Positions 11,901 through 23,997 of a stretch of DNA of 64,000 bases are shown here, piece by piece. This stretch comes from Vicugna vicugna (taxonomy: Eukaryota): assembly GCA_013265495.1 (NCBI GenBank), contig MU058451.1, positions 2,289,305 to 2,353,304 of the forward strand, written 5' to 3'. The notes below the pieces were generated by a model. The model did not search any database, was not told where the DNA came from, and saw only the letters and a program-made list of their open reading frames with translations. The position numbers were made by a program, and so were the translations under genes. Positions within the stretch are counted from its first letter, which is position 1, and each line of letters begins with the position of its first letter.

Positions 11901-14900
11901 TCTGTCCAGTCACACTTCTGTTTAAGAAGTTCTTGTTTATATTATAAATATGACCTTTACAGTTATCTTTCAAAGTGCCCAGTGCTTTGAAGAGGAACCC
12001 TGAGGAGCTATGGAGATATTAAACTCACAAAGCATGTTTCATAGGAATGTCAGTGTCCATTTGAGTGTCTTTTTTTTTTTTTTCTCCTTCTTTTTAGCCA
12101 CATAGCAACCCTGTCAGCTGGTGGCAGATTGTGGTATTAGAGTCTTGTGATAGAATTAATCCCAGGTAATCAAAGGTCCATCATCACACTTTTTAGCCAG
12201 AGTCCATTATTTAAAGTGTTTTCTCCTCTGCAGATAAAATAATCCCTTGGTTCCTTCCCGCTCTAAATTCTCTCACCGGACACACGAATTGGCGTGTGTT
12301 GGTTACTGACTTTGAGACCCACCCCAGAGCAAGTCAGCCTACTTTTCCTAATGATGAACGAGGTGCCCTCCTCTGTTTCTTAGACATTTGACTGTGAGGA
12401 CATAGTGATGGAGTGCAGTCCTCTGATGGAGGCTAAGTGTCTAGCTAACCTTGCCAGCCACCAGTGGGACCAGCTAAGTCTAGTGACCTATCAGACGTAC
12501 GTCCTCTAGAGATCCCTCTACTGGGTGGCAATTCCTGATCTAGATACTTTGTCTTTACAGTGATGAGGTAGCGTAACGGCCCTGGTGCTCAGCGGGGTCT
12601 CCGAGTTGCCCTTCTCAGAACCCCTATTGGCAGCACCTGCGCCCATTTACACTTAAGCCGTTTGGGGGTTCGCCACAGATCTGCTCTATGTGTTCTTGTA
12701 ACGACTCTGAGACAAAGTTAAAGATCACGAACCTGAGCTTGAACTGACTGGTGTCATGGCAACTGGCACTTCACCTTTGGCTGGTCCCGGTCCCATACGC
12801 GCTGCAATATTTGTGCACATTAATAATTCATCACAAAGTGCCAGGTTTCTTTGTGCTGTCAAACTGTGTCAAGGACGGAATAGGCTGTGCTATCTCAGAT
12901 GTCACCTACCAGACTGCAGAGGGCAAGAGGAATTAGAAAAGCAACCTCGTCGGGTTACTTGGGAACGTTCCCGAGAACGCCATGCCTTCTTGCCACACGT
13001 CTGTAGAATTTTTCTCGAAAAGTAAGGAATAGACTTGGTGTTGATCAAAGTTTATTTGGTAACGTGCCCCTGACTCAAGGCAGGAGTTTGGTTGTGGAAA
13101 GGACGCATGAGCGGTAATCGCTCGCCTCCACTCAGGCGGCAAAGCAAATGATTAACAGCCGTAGTGCTCGGTCACGTGCATCGGGCTCCGGCGTGAGCCC
13201 TGCAGACTCGGGTTTAAAAAGAAACCTGAGCCGCCCCGGTGTGAATGCTCTCCCCCGGCTTGCCTTCGCCCAGCACCCAGTAGGAGCTGTGTGGCCGACA
13301 CCAGCTTTGGAAGACAATCAGTCCGAGTTCCGTGGCCACCCGGGCCCTGAGATGGCTTGCTTACCTCCCCTCCCAGTTTCCTCAGCACCTTGTTTGTTGT
13401 TCCCGACACTGTTCGTAGTTGTAGTAATTGTAGTATTGTAAGTGGCGAGCCTTTCTAAATAAAGAATGTAGGCCTTTTTCTTGGAAGGTAGAAAATGCAG
13501 ACATGCTGAATTTCATTTACTCAAAAGGCCAAATTCATCCCTGATTAGAGAGAGAAATCACATTTTATAAGAAACTTTGACCTGCCACTGCCTTTTTTTT
13601 TTTTTAAATCAACCCCTCCCTCCCTCTGAAAAGAAGCTTCATATTAAAACAAACAAACCTGTGTCACACTTTACTGGCTACCTAAAGTGAAGCATGTTTC
13701 CCTGGAAAACATGTTTACAGTCTACCACTGGAAAAGACTTTAGTCACATAGCCATATTTGGATTCTTTTTTTTCTCTTTTTCTATTTTCCTTTTTCCTTT
13801 AAATGCAAAACCAGTAGCTTCCATGTCCTTCCAAGGTGCTCTGCGGGAGGAAGCAGCACTAAGTCACATTGTTTAGAATCTGCAGCCATAGCACCCTGCT
13901 CTTGAGAGGGAGAAACTCCAACAGCTTCATATTCGAGGTGCTGACTTAACACAGGTGCTAGTGAGACTGAATCCTGCTGAAGGACAGGAATGGGACCTGC
14001 TCCCAGTTTACCCATCATTGTTTGGCCAGATCATAATACAGTGCCTGCACGTAGTAGATGTTCAAGAAATACTTGTTGAATGAATAAGTTAAGTCTGCTG
14101 GAGCAGAAGTGGACTTTAATCAGTTTCAGAACCTTGCAGCAAATTGAACTTAAAAACATTTAGGAACTTGCTAACCTTCTATCACCTACCTTTATATGTG
14201 CTGGGGATCTGGATGAGCCGTTTAACACCTGCAGGCATCAACGTGGAACGTGAATATGGAGAAGTGATTAGAGCCAGCGACTTGGGGTCTGTGTTTCTGG
14301 TCGGTGCTCGCCACCAGGTCGTGCTCGAGCGGACACTGGCCCTGAAAGAGCACGGGCAGAGATTCGGGTTTGTCAGGTCACCCAGTGGCACATCCTTGCT
14401 GACATTATATGTGTGTGTGTAAGTACTTAGGATTTAATATTGAATCCTTCTACTTACTTAACTTACAAATAGGACCTTCATCCTAAATCCATCCCTCTCT
14501 TCCAAGACTCGGCAAACTTTTAATACTTAGAAGATCTCTGGATAACATCAAGACTAAATTTTGTACTTTTTAGCCAATCTAGGAACAGATAATTATAATC
14601 AGGTACTTAAAAGAAGATTTACAGGTATGATTACTTAAGGATGTGTTGTCTGGTTTAGATTAGAATAGATAAGCTTCTTTGTGATGTTACTTTATTGTAA
14701 TTCTGCGATATAATGTCCATATATAAGCTATAAAGCCTAAAGTTTCCAGGTCCTATGGGCTGAAAACAAAAATCAGAATACTACAAAACATAACTGTATG
14801 TTACAGTGAATGATACTGATTGTATGTCTTAAGGAAATATGGACAAAGTCAAGGTGAATGGGATAATATTAGATAAAGGCTTAACACCCTACCTACCTTC

Positions 14901-16397
14901 CATAGAGAATTATTGAGAGACTCTGATGACCTAATTAACGTAAAGCACTTTTAAAAGTGTGAGAGACTATGTAAATATGTGATTAATATTACGCTTTGGA
15001 TTATGTGGGAGGGCATTGCAGGTAGACTGTCAGAGAAGAGTTCATAGGTAAAACCTTACAGGTGAGAGCAATAGTGACTGGGTAACAGCAGAGAGGAGGC
15101 CCAGGCAAACAGGTGTGAGTGGGGACCCAGGGGTTTATGTGATGAGCAGGAGTCAGACTGGGGAAGACCTTGGAGAATTTCACAGAGACTCATCTGGCAA
15201 CTGTATGCATCATGGATGGGAACATGGGAGAACCTCAGAATTAAGGGAATGGCTGTTTATGATCTTGTATATGCAAATGTTATCAAAACAAATTAAATAT
15301 GTATGCAAAAATTCAGTGATCTCCTGGTCAGGAAATCCTCTGAGAAGGGAATGCAAGTCTTCTTTAAGGCCAATGTGTAGTGTTTGGGTCTTTTTAACTT
15401 CATAAATCATGGGAAGCAGTGTTGGTAGTGGGGTATAACTCAACAGTAGACAGATTGCTCTTTGCTGCTTTCTTTTAAGAAGCAGGTTATAAAACTGTTG
15501 GGAGCCTGGTGGAGTAGTTAATAGATCACCTTAAGCAATTTGAAGTAATTTTTTAAAAAAAATACAGCCTTGCATCTTGAAGGCAAGACAGCCAGAGGGA
15601 AAGGAGAAGTTTAGTGCGTAAGAAATCAATACAGCCTCTGGGTCCACTGCCCTGGAACTTCTGTCACGTGCTCTGCCCCCTTGAGTGGCCAGGCACCTGC
15701 CTCTGGGGGAGGTCACTCCCCAGTAGACCCCACAGTGGAGTGTGGTCATTCGGATGGCTATTAATTGTTGTCAAGGCAAAGTAGGCCTTACGACACATTT
15801 TTCATTCAAATGATTCTGTACTTGTACCCTCTTTTTCTTAACACCTAAAGTACTTTATATCCTCATAGTATACTTTGGTAGTAAAGCTCTGGATGCTGAA
15901 AGATGCTGCTGGAATATCTCTTCTTTCATGAGTCTGTGCTGTGTAGAGACATCCATAAGGTAAACATTATACGAGGCACCTCTTGGTGGGTAGGCGGGAG
16001 GTCCCTCCCAGACAGGAGATGGCTGTGCTGAAGTGTCATGAGCGTGAAGAGATCTCTGACCTGGGAGTAGTTTAGATTAGCAGATAACTATCACTTGAAA
16101 GGTGATAAAGAGCCTCCTGCTAATGGCTCTCTTTTCATCTCTGGACATTGTCCCCCAAAGCTCTTGTGTTTCAGTCTTGTTGGTCACGGCTTCTAACAGG
16201 CCTTCCATGCCAATGACACGGTGCTAAGTTAGCCAGACGCTCAGAGGATCTTCTCTTCCTGATAAATGTAAAATGTTTAAAAACAAATGGGGAAATGCAT
16301 CGTTACGTGGGTAAAGCTTTGCTTTGTGACCTGGGATTGGGTTTTAGGTGAAACTCATAATGTCGGTTCTAAAGCTTGAATCGTCCTTTCCTTTCAG

Positions 16398-16496
16398 ACC
16401 ACGAAGGCGTTCCTCCCTACCATGCTGGAGATTAACCACGGTCACATCGTGACGGTTGCAAGTTCCCTGGGATTGTTCAGTACGGCTGGAGTTGAG
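16398..16496 (+). CDS. RDH10: RDH10 coding exon (exon 3 by human numbering), 99 nt: [33 protein letters not shown]
   Basis: Acceptor tcctttcctttcag|ACC, donor GAG|gtcagt, phase 0-0. Contains the SDR catalytic Ser region (VASS). Not in the ORF track. Confidence 0.97.
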
Positions 16497-17630
16497 GTCA
16501 GTCCAATATAAAGCATCTCCTTCATTCAATCGATTTAGCTTGTGACAGATACAGCAAAGTCCTAGGAAGAGTACCCGCTGCCTGCACATTCGTGAGAGCC
16601 TGTGAACGCACACTGCCTGTGAGGGACGGTGCCCCAGGGCCAGCTGCCGAAGCGCCACTTACGCCCCGCTTTCCTGAGCAGTTTTCCTTGATGGCGGTGG
16701 GAAGGCACGGGGTCAAGATGAGACTGGAGGGCAGCGGCTGTGCCACAGGGACCAGATAAATGAGGCCAAAGGTTGACATTCTGTTTTGGTCAACTTGCCA
16801 AAAAGCAAGCTATCCTGTATCACCTCATCAGACGAGATGGCTAGGGGCGGGTATGAGGTGTCTGCATTGTAAGTTTGTGGAACTGGGCTTAATCAGACCC
16901 TTTTCCTCACCATATTCAAGTGACACAGCATGTATATGTATATTGTTTTGTGCTGTTTGTCCCATGGGTGCCTGGAGGGTAAAACTGAAAATACCACCCC
17001 CTGCAAATATGCAAAAGGATGCAGAAGATACGGCTTCCACCTTCTCCGTTCCCACAGCGAAACTGAAAGTTGGGTAATGGAGAAGAACGTTCATTCTAGG
17101 CTGTGAGTCCTTAGGTTAAGCTCTAGTTTAAGTTCACAGGGTGTACTTACCATTTCCATTTTCACTTGACCCTGGAAAGAAAATCGGATCATAACAGCTT
17201 ATAACCCAAGCTAGACTCGCCTTTGTTCTCCTAGCATTAATTTAAACAAACTGGTTTTTCAGTCTCCTTTTCTGAACAAGAGACCATTTGTAAATTTTCC
17301 AGACACTTCAAAGTGAACCTCTCTCCATTTTTAACTCCAGCTTGTTAGCTTTCATAGAATCCTTTGTGGTGACTTCCCCAGAGTAATATGATACTTCGTT
17401 GATGTGGCAAAAAGTGTTCATCTGTTTCTGCTGTTGCTTTGAAAATATTATTTCTGCACCAAACCACATCAGATATGTGTCTTTTAAAATGCTCTCCTTT
17501 TTTCTTTGCTTAGTCACCTGTAACCTTTTGTATCAAGCATGTAACCAGAGTAACAGGGCCAGGAAAGCTTCAGTTTGGTTAGGAATGTGTGCGCTTACTG
17601 AGTATTTCTGCTCTCTCCCCATCACCTCAG

Positions 17631-17776
17631 GATTACTGTGCCAGTAAATTTGGAGTCGTGGGTTTTCATGAATCTCTGAGCCACGAGTTAAAGGCTGCTG
17701 AAAAAGATGGAATTAAAACAACGCTGGTGTGCCCTTACCTTGTAGACACTGGCATGTTCAGAGGCTGCCGAATTAG
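17631..17776 (+). CDS. RDH10: RDH10 exon 4, 146 nt: [48 protein letters not shown](R)
   Basis: Acceptor ctctctccccatcacctcag|GAT, donor AG|gtgagt. SDR YxxxK motif (YCASK). Overlaps ORF 17589..17780. Confidence 0.98.
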
Positions 17777-18219
17777 GTGAGTAAGCACCTGCCTTAATAC
17801 TGACGAGAAGCTGTTTTAAAAATCACCTTTCCATCTCAGGAGACAATGGAATCAATTGGATCTCCAGCCACAATCAGCCTTGCACATTAACAGCCATCAT
17901 TGGACAGTTAACCTGTAGTTTTCATTGGTCAAATTTTGTAAAATCGGGGTGTGCACGACTGACGAGCAAGGGGCTGGAGTGAGCTTGCAGAAGTCGGCCT
18001 GGAGGCCTCAGTGGGCAGTGGCTGCTCTGCACCTTCCAGGAGAAAACCAGGACCCAGGACTTTCCTGAGAAGCTACTTCTTCAGGAGAGATTTTCTTTCT
18101 TTTATTAGTGTTGGTCCATAAATGAAACTCTGGTTTGGTTACCAATGTCACTGCCACAGAGGAGGATGGCCTTTCTTCTAAAAAGACCCTTGAATGTGAC
18201 ACTCCAGATCTGGGGACTT

Positions 18220-18379
18220 GGAGGGAGGGTAGAGCTCAGTGGTCGAGCACATGCTTAGCACGCACGAGGTCCTGGGTTCAATCCCCAGCACCTCCATTAA
18301 ATAAATAAACAATCAAACCTAGTTACCTCCTCCTCCAAAAAAGCAAACAAACAAACCAAAAAAAAAAAAATTAGAGGAA
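18220..18379 (+). mobile_element. tRNA-Ala-derived SINE (Vic-1-like) in RDH10 intron 4
   Basis: A and B boxes (AGCTCAGTGG; GGTTCAATCC), AACCTAGTTACCTCC segment, A-rich tail. Imperfect TSD CAGATCTGGGGACTT (18205-18219) / CAGATTTGGGAACTT (18380-18394). Confidence 0.92.
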
Positions 18380-18789
18380 CAGATTTGGGAACTTCCTTTT
18401 GGCAGAAAGTGTTTATAGCTAGATTCACTCTTGACAGAATGAGAAGAAACGTTTAGATTTACTAAAAATGAAATAAAATGCCCACACACTTTGAAAGGAG
18501 GCATGTGGGAATAGAAATGTCAAGTCACATCTGACTTGAGCTAAGCAGAATAAACAAAACCATGACTCATTAAGAGGATACTTGTAAGGACATGCTTACT
18601 AACTCGAGATCTCTGCTTGGCTGAATTTGAAAGGCCAAGCAAGATAACCAAACCAGTTCCCTGTGGGTCAGGGCCAATCCTAACACATCCTGAACCTGAC
18701 CACGCCGCGAAGCAGGTGGAGATTTGAGTCATTTCGATCTCAGGCTGACTAAGTCTGGACCCGGGGGGACTCACCCCTGCCTCTTTTCC

Positions 18790-18830
18790 CATATGTGCGC
18801 ATGTGTGTGTGTGTGTGTGTGTGCGCGTGT
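18790..18830. repeat. (TG)n microsatellite with GC flanks; 41-bp alternating purine-pyrimidine tract
   Basis: catatgtgcgcatg(tg)n cgcgtgt read directly. Confidence 0.9.
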
Positions 18831-19504
18831 TGGTTTGGTTTCTTCCTCTTATGAACTTAGGAACCAGGTGCTGAGGGTCTGCGGCGCTCTGTTTCCTAGT
18901 CATTGTCACGACAGGTGTCCAGAGCTGTGAGGGGACAATGAAAAGGGAAAAGAATAAATTATGTTAAGTTATCTCAGTGTGTAATGGATCGAATTCACCT
19001 GAAGGTAGGCTATCTCCGTGCCCTTCATTTCAGAGACCCCCAGAGGAAACGCGGTCTAGGACAGCACCCCGAGGACTTTGATTCCACTTGGAAAGGTTTT
19101 GTCAGTGTTTACACGCCACCATTTGAACTACGCTTAACACTGAAAGTTTGGCATCTTGTTTGGGTGTAGTGTTTGTTATGCCAGACAACCTCTCCTTTTT
19201 CAACTGAGAGGAAAAAATAATAATTTGAAATACGTTTTAAGGCATTTTGAAAACACGACTTTCTCACTTTACAGAAAAGCAGACCAATTCTGCTTTTGTT
19301 AGTTTGTTTTCCAGACTATGCAAATAAAATGTGTTCATAGTAGGAAAGTTTAGAAAATACAGAAATAACACAACGAAGTAAAATGGACCCCAAATCCTGT
19401 CCCTCAGATAACGTCACCCACCCTTCGTATTTTGATGCATATTTCCCAGTCTTCCCTATTCTGTGTTCACTCTTAAGTTCATCTTCTGAATGTGTAACTC
19501 CCAG

Positions 19505-19636
19505 GAAAGAAATTGAGCCCTTTCTGCCCCCTCTGAAGCCTGATTACTGCGTGAAGCAGGCCATGAAGGCCATCCTCACCGACCAGCCCATGATCTGCAC
19601 CCCCCGCCTCATGTACATCGTGACTTTCATGAAGAG
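19505..19636 (+). CDS. RDH10: RDH10 exon 5, 132 nt: (R)[43 protein letters not shown](S)
   Basis: Acceptor actcccag|G, donor AG|gtaact, phase 2-2. In frame with exons 4 and 6. Overlaps ORF 19383..19640. Confidence 0.97.
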
Positions 19637-19739
19637 GTAACTGAGGGGCTCCCCACTCCGCTGGGCCTCCCACACCTGCCCCATAACATAACTGCCACAC
19701 AGTGTCCCCGTTTGCTAACTGTGACTTTTCCTCTTTCAG

Positions 19740-19863
19740 CATCCTCCCTTTTGAAGCAGTTGTGTGCATGTATCGGTTCCTAGGAGCGGACAAGTGTATG
19801 TACCCCTTTATCGCTCAGAGAAAACAAGCCACAAACAATAACGAAGCAAAAAACGGAATCTAA
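19740..19863 (+). CDS. RDH10: RDH10 last coding exon (exon 6): (S)[40 protein letters not shown]
   Basis: Follows a 103-nt intron with branch-like gctaac and acceptor ttttcctctttcag|C. Stop TAA at 19861-19863. C-terminus matches RDH10 as I recall it. Confidence 0.97.
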
Positions 19864-20002
19864 GGATTTTTTTTGTATATGGAATATCATTTCTACCAGA
19901 AGGTGATCAAGATATCTCGGTTCAATCCACATCAGCATGACCGATAATCTCTGGATTCTAAATCCGCATTGACTTTTTTTTTTAATCAACTTTTTAAAAA
20001 AA

Positions 20003-20008
20003 AATAAA
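20003..20008 (+). terminator. Possible proximal polyadenylation signal AATAAA
   Basis: AATAAA 140 nt after the stop, inside an A-rich run; weak downstream GU element. Confidence 0.3.
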
Positions 20009-21056
20009 AGTGTAAATTAACTGACTAGAGTATTTGGAAAATGTGATCAGCAAAAGTGAGCTTAATTGCCAACAGGGTCCTTTTCAGGCAGAACCCTGAA
20101 ACCAGTCCAATCTTTTAGACCAGCGCTGTGTGACATCTCCGGGCTAGCGTTATTATTATTATTTTTATTTTTTGAATGAGCAGGAAGTCTCGAGACGATA
20201 ACCACAGTGTGTTTCACGTGTGTGGTTTTTCTTAATTCCCATAGAGTTTATTAATTCTTGCAATTAATCTCTAGCCAGCTGACACCCTTGCGACTTCAAG
20301 GACTGACAGTGCTATATTTTCTCATGTTTTCTAAGTTTCAGTTTTGCAAAACCTGTGTGGCCCTTTCATGGTGTTTGTATGTACAACTCTTTTAAAAAGG
20401 CATTTTGAAATCTCCATCAGTTTGAAGTAAACAATGTCTGGTTATTACAGTCAAAGCGACCAGGTCTCTCTGTTAAAGTCGTAACGGCTCAAGTTGGTCA
20501 AATTTTAAAATTTATCTCTGAAGTCTTTCCTTAAGTATCTGTTCCTCTGGAGACCTATTTAATCCGAAAAAGATCGTGCGTTTTCTACCTATGAATTGTG
20601 CTGCAGTACAGAAAGTGCCCTTTCCTCAGGAAGTTGCTGTGTTTCATTTCTTTGGATGGACTTTGATCTGGAATACATAGCAGCTCCGCAAAGAAACAGT
20701 TTCTAAAAATGGGAACTTCTGCATTTAAAAATGTCCCCATTTTTGTGCCAACTATGATTAGCGAGGGGGAGGAAATCTTATACTATGGAGTACGTATGGA
20801 AGGGTGTAAAGATTCTTTTGAAAGTTTTATTTACATTGTAGAACAGCAAATGACATTTTTACAGTATTTTTTTGTAAAGCAAACTATTTTGTGCCTTGAA
20901 TTTGGTAAATGTGTATTAGTGAAACGTTGTAAAAGTGAACTTCTACCTCTGTATCTAAATGTATACCATCCACTTGTAAATTACTATAAACTATTATGTG
21001 ATTGCTTTTTTTTTTTTTAGAATGTCTTGTTTAAATAGCGACCAATGTTTAAGGCT

Positions 21057-21114
21057 AATAAAATAAGCCATCTTTTACTAATTAATTGGGAAATTTTATA
21101 AAGGACTGATTAAA
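21057..21114 (+). terminator. Distal polyadenylation signals AATAAA (21057-21062) and ATTAAA (21109-21114)
   Basis: Two canonical hexamers followed by TGTGTG (~21144) and GTCTTTGTGTTCTTTTTT (~21181) downstream elements. Confidence 0.65.
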
Positions 21115-21597
21115 TTTAAAGACTGAACTTACAAACAAATGACTGTGTGATTATTAGTTATCAGCAGTGTTGTAGGGACAGTCTTTGTGTTCTTTTTTTC
21201 TCTGTACCATATCACACCTTTAAAGAAAAACGTTTGAATGGGATAGAGAATAGACATTAGCAGCTGAGGGTGTCATACATTCACACTTCCAGTGTCACCA
21301 TCTACTTAGATTAGATACTTTGTCAGGGGCTTGTTGATTCTAAAAGTGAGAAAACAGAAAGAATCCCATTACCTGTGTGTTGTCTGGCTGCACCCCAGAT
21401 TCAATCCGCATTGTATCCACCTGCAGGAAAGTCCTGGCTCACTGCTCGTGGCCCCAGCAGTGGCTGGTCTTAAGGAATTTGTTCAAATTTCGTTCTATGT
21501 TCAAATTTCTCCTTATAAATGATAACTAAGCCTGAGGCCATTATAACACTTGGAGCACTGGCTGCTTCTTATTTTCCATTTTGGATTTTAAGAAGTA

Positions 21598-21830
21598 CAG
21601 TTGACCCTTGGACAGCACAGGGTCAGGAGCACCAACCCTATATCAAGTCAAAAATCCACGTATAACTTAGAGTCAGCTCTCAGTATCCATGGTTTCTCCT
21701 TACCCGCAATTCACCATCTGCTGATGGAACCGACCGCAGACTGTGTCGCACTGTAGTACTGACCACTGGAAAATACGCACGTGTGAGTGGCCCGGCGCAG
21801 TTCGACCCTGTGTCGTTCAAGGGTCAACTC
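21598..21830. mobile_element. TcMar-Tigger2-family MITE (MER8-like)
   Basis: Terminal inverted repeats CAGTTGACCCTTGGAC.. / ..GTTCAAGGGTCAACTC; TA before the left end. Confidence 0.85.
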
Positions 21831-23773
21831 TGCTTTGACGTAGCCTCATAACAATGTGGGGTGGAGACTTCTTTTCAGAGGTTGTCCAGGTCTGCCTGCC
21901 AGCCAGTCCCTGGCACACTGCAGCCATCCTACAGAGCTCTGCTCTGCTTTTAACAACCCACTTATCAATCTTAAGACTAAGGAAAGTCTTCTTTACATTT
22001 AGTTTTACTCTCATGTGTTGTAATTTCAACCTATTTCTACTCTTGTTTGTTACTGCCCTTATAAGGTTGTCCATCTCTAAATTCAATAAACCAAATTCCT
22101 GTAACTGTTTTGTAGAAGTCTTCAATTCCCACGTCCCAGCCTTAGTTTAATTACCTCTGTCTGTGGCTCTCCCTGGAACATTGTCCAAATTCTGTTTCCC
22201 ATCTTTAGCTGTGGAGTTTGGAAGGGGGCACAGTTAACGCAAGCGCAGGACCGCAGGGTTCCCACGTGTGGTGTTGCTTCGACCTGGTGTCCTGTTCTTG
22301 GTACAGCGCTGCACTGATGACACTGTTGTCCCCGAACGCGGGCTCTCCTCTAGGCAAGCCTGCACACGTGCATTGGTCACTTAAGCCATGGCCAACGTCA
22401 CTTTTCTTGCTGATTATTCATCTACACTCCCAACCCCACCTTGAGATTGATTCCGACTTTGAACAGGTTCCCTTTTTCTGTCATCTGGCCCTTTCAGGAG
22501 ATGTTCAGGGCCACTGGACTCAAGGCTGACCCCCTAGGGAGGCCACTTCTGTCCCCCTCGGCTAGAACTGGTGCTCTCTCTAACCTCTCAAGCAGTTTAA
22601 TGGTAATCTTACTGAGCTGGACCCAGGAATCAAAAGTTTCAAAGCCAGCAAAGATAAATGCCAACTATTGTTTCCCCTCCTTGATCTACCAGGTCTGCGG
22701 CTCTGTCACAAAAGATTAGATTAGCTTGACAGGATTGAGCTATGTAAATCCAGGCTGGTAGGGGGTTTTTTTTGTTTTTGTTTTTTTTTAAGTATCCTGT
22801 GTCCTTGAAAGGCTATCACTTTCAAATTTTTCCCAAGTTGAAAAAAAAGTCAAATGTCTTTTTCAAAGTTTTCTTTGCCAACTGGCAGGAAAAATTCAAA
22901 ATTGGTGTTGATCTGAATCTTGGAAATTTGCTTTTGCCTCCAACAAAATGTATAATCAGTGGGGGTTGGGGGAGAAGGGTAGTTCTTTCCACACCAAATT
23001 TATTGCCTGTGTCTGATTAAAAAGGGGAGTAGAGAAAGCAAGGCTTTCTCAGGCCAGAAGTGGCTGGGACACGGGGCCAGGGAGTGTATTGTCAGCATTT
23101 GCCCATACTCAGCTTAACAAGTACACCAGACATCTACAAGGCCCACGGACTCAAGTAGCTTGCAATTAACTCACAAGTTCAAATACAAGTCTCTTGATGT
23201 GCATGTGCCACAGATGAAGCTTCAGAGTGTGATGAGGTCTCAACGAGACCGAGAGGCAGAAGCCTTGAAGGCTGGCGATGCAACAGCTGGAGCTGAGAAT
23301 AAGAGCTGGGCATTACAAGGGACAGATAGTCTGGAGAGGCCCAGAGGCTGAAAAAGGAAGGTTATATTCACTGTGCCTGGAATGCAACGGGCAAAGAGAA
23401 TGCCACGCATTCCTGATGAAGGTCCCAACTTGAAAACAGGCCTTCATTCCAGGAAGATGAATGACGGCTTCATTTGATAGAGAAGAGGGAAGCCCTGGGA
23501 AGTTTAGCAGGAAAGCTAGTTAATTGCATCATCAATCCAACCCATGTAAGAAACTTGGAGACCCCGGGAGCCAGGAGGGCAGACAGGAGGGACACTATGG
23601 CAGGGGTGCAGCTGAGCAGTGACGGGCCTGAGAGCCAGTCCAGTGATGAGGATGGAAAAGACAGTGGCTCCTGGAGTTTAGGAGGGAGAAGAACTCTGCC
23701 AGGCTGAACAGCCGATTGCCTAGATCTAACTTTGGCTTGAGTGACTGAAGCCTCATTTGTCATGAGCCAAGTC

Positions 23774-23997
23774 TTTTTTGTTTTTTGTTTTGTTTTGTTT
23801 TGTTTGAAGTATAGATGATTTACAATGTTGTGTTAGTTTCAGGTGTACAGAAAAGCAATAATTATACATATATATTATATATATTCAGTTAAACATACGT
23901 ATGTTCCTTTTCATATTCTTTTCCATTACGGTTTATTACGAGATACTGAATATAGGACCTAGAGATTGCCATACTAAGTGAAGTAAGCCAGCCAGAG
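23774..23997 (-). mobile_element. Short L1 3' end (artiodactyl L1-like) with an inverted 5' piece
   Basis: T/(TTTTG)n tail, then antisense L1 3' end (gaagtatagatgatttacaatgttgtgttagtttcaggtgtacag). Segment 23955-23997 is L1 sequence in the opposite orientation. Confidence 0.75.

Larger units (their letters stand above)
1..21140 (+). other. RDH10: RDH10 gene, 3' part (intron 2 to end of 3' UTR); exons 1-2 lie upstream of the window
   Basis: Four exons splice in frame with GT-AG introns into the C-terminal 166 aa of RDH10. No N-terminal (TGAGSGLG-containing) exon found in the window. The 3' end is approximate, set by the polyA signals. Confidence 0.95.
19864..21140 (+). other. RDH10: RDH10 3' UTR (AU-rich, no recognisable interspersed repeat)
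   Basis: Follows the stop codon; U/A-rich; ends near AATAAA 21057 and ATTAAA 21109, with downstream TG/T-rich tracts. Confidence 0.75.

Noticed and set aside
18220..18296. tRNA-Ala(AGC) gene (also the six similar copies)
   Set aside because: The tRNA-like heads have mismatched acceptor stems, SINE tails and mostly TSDs; they are SINEs, not tRNA genes.
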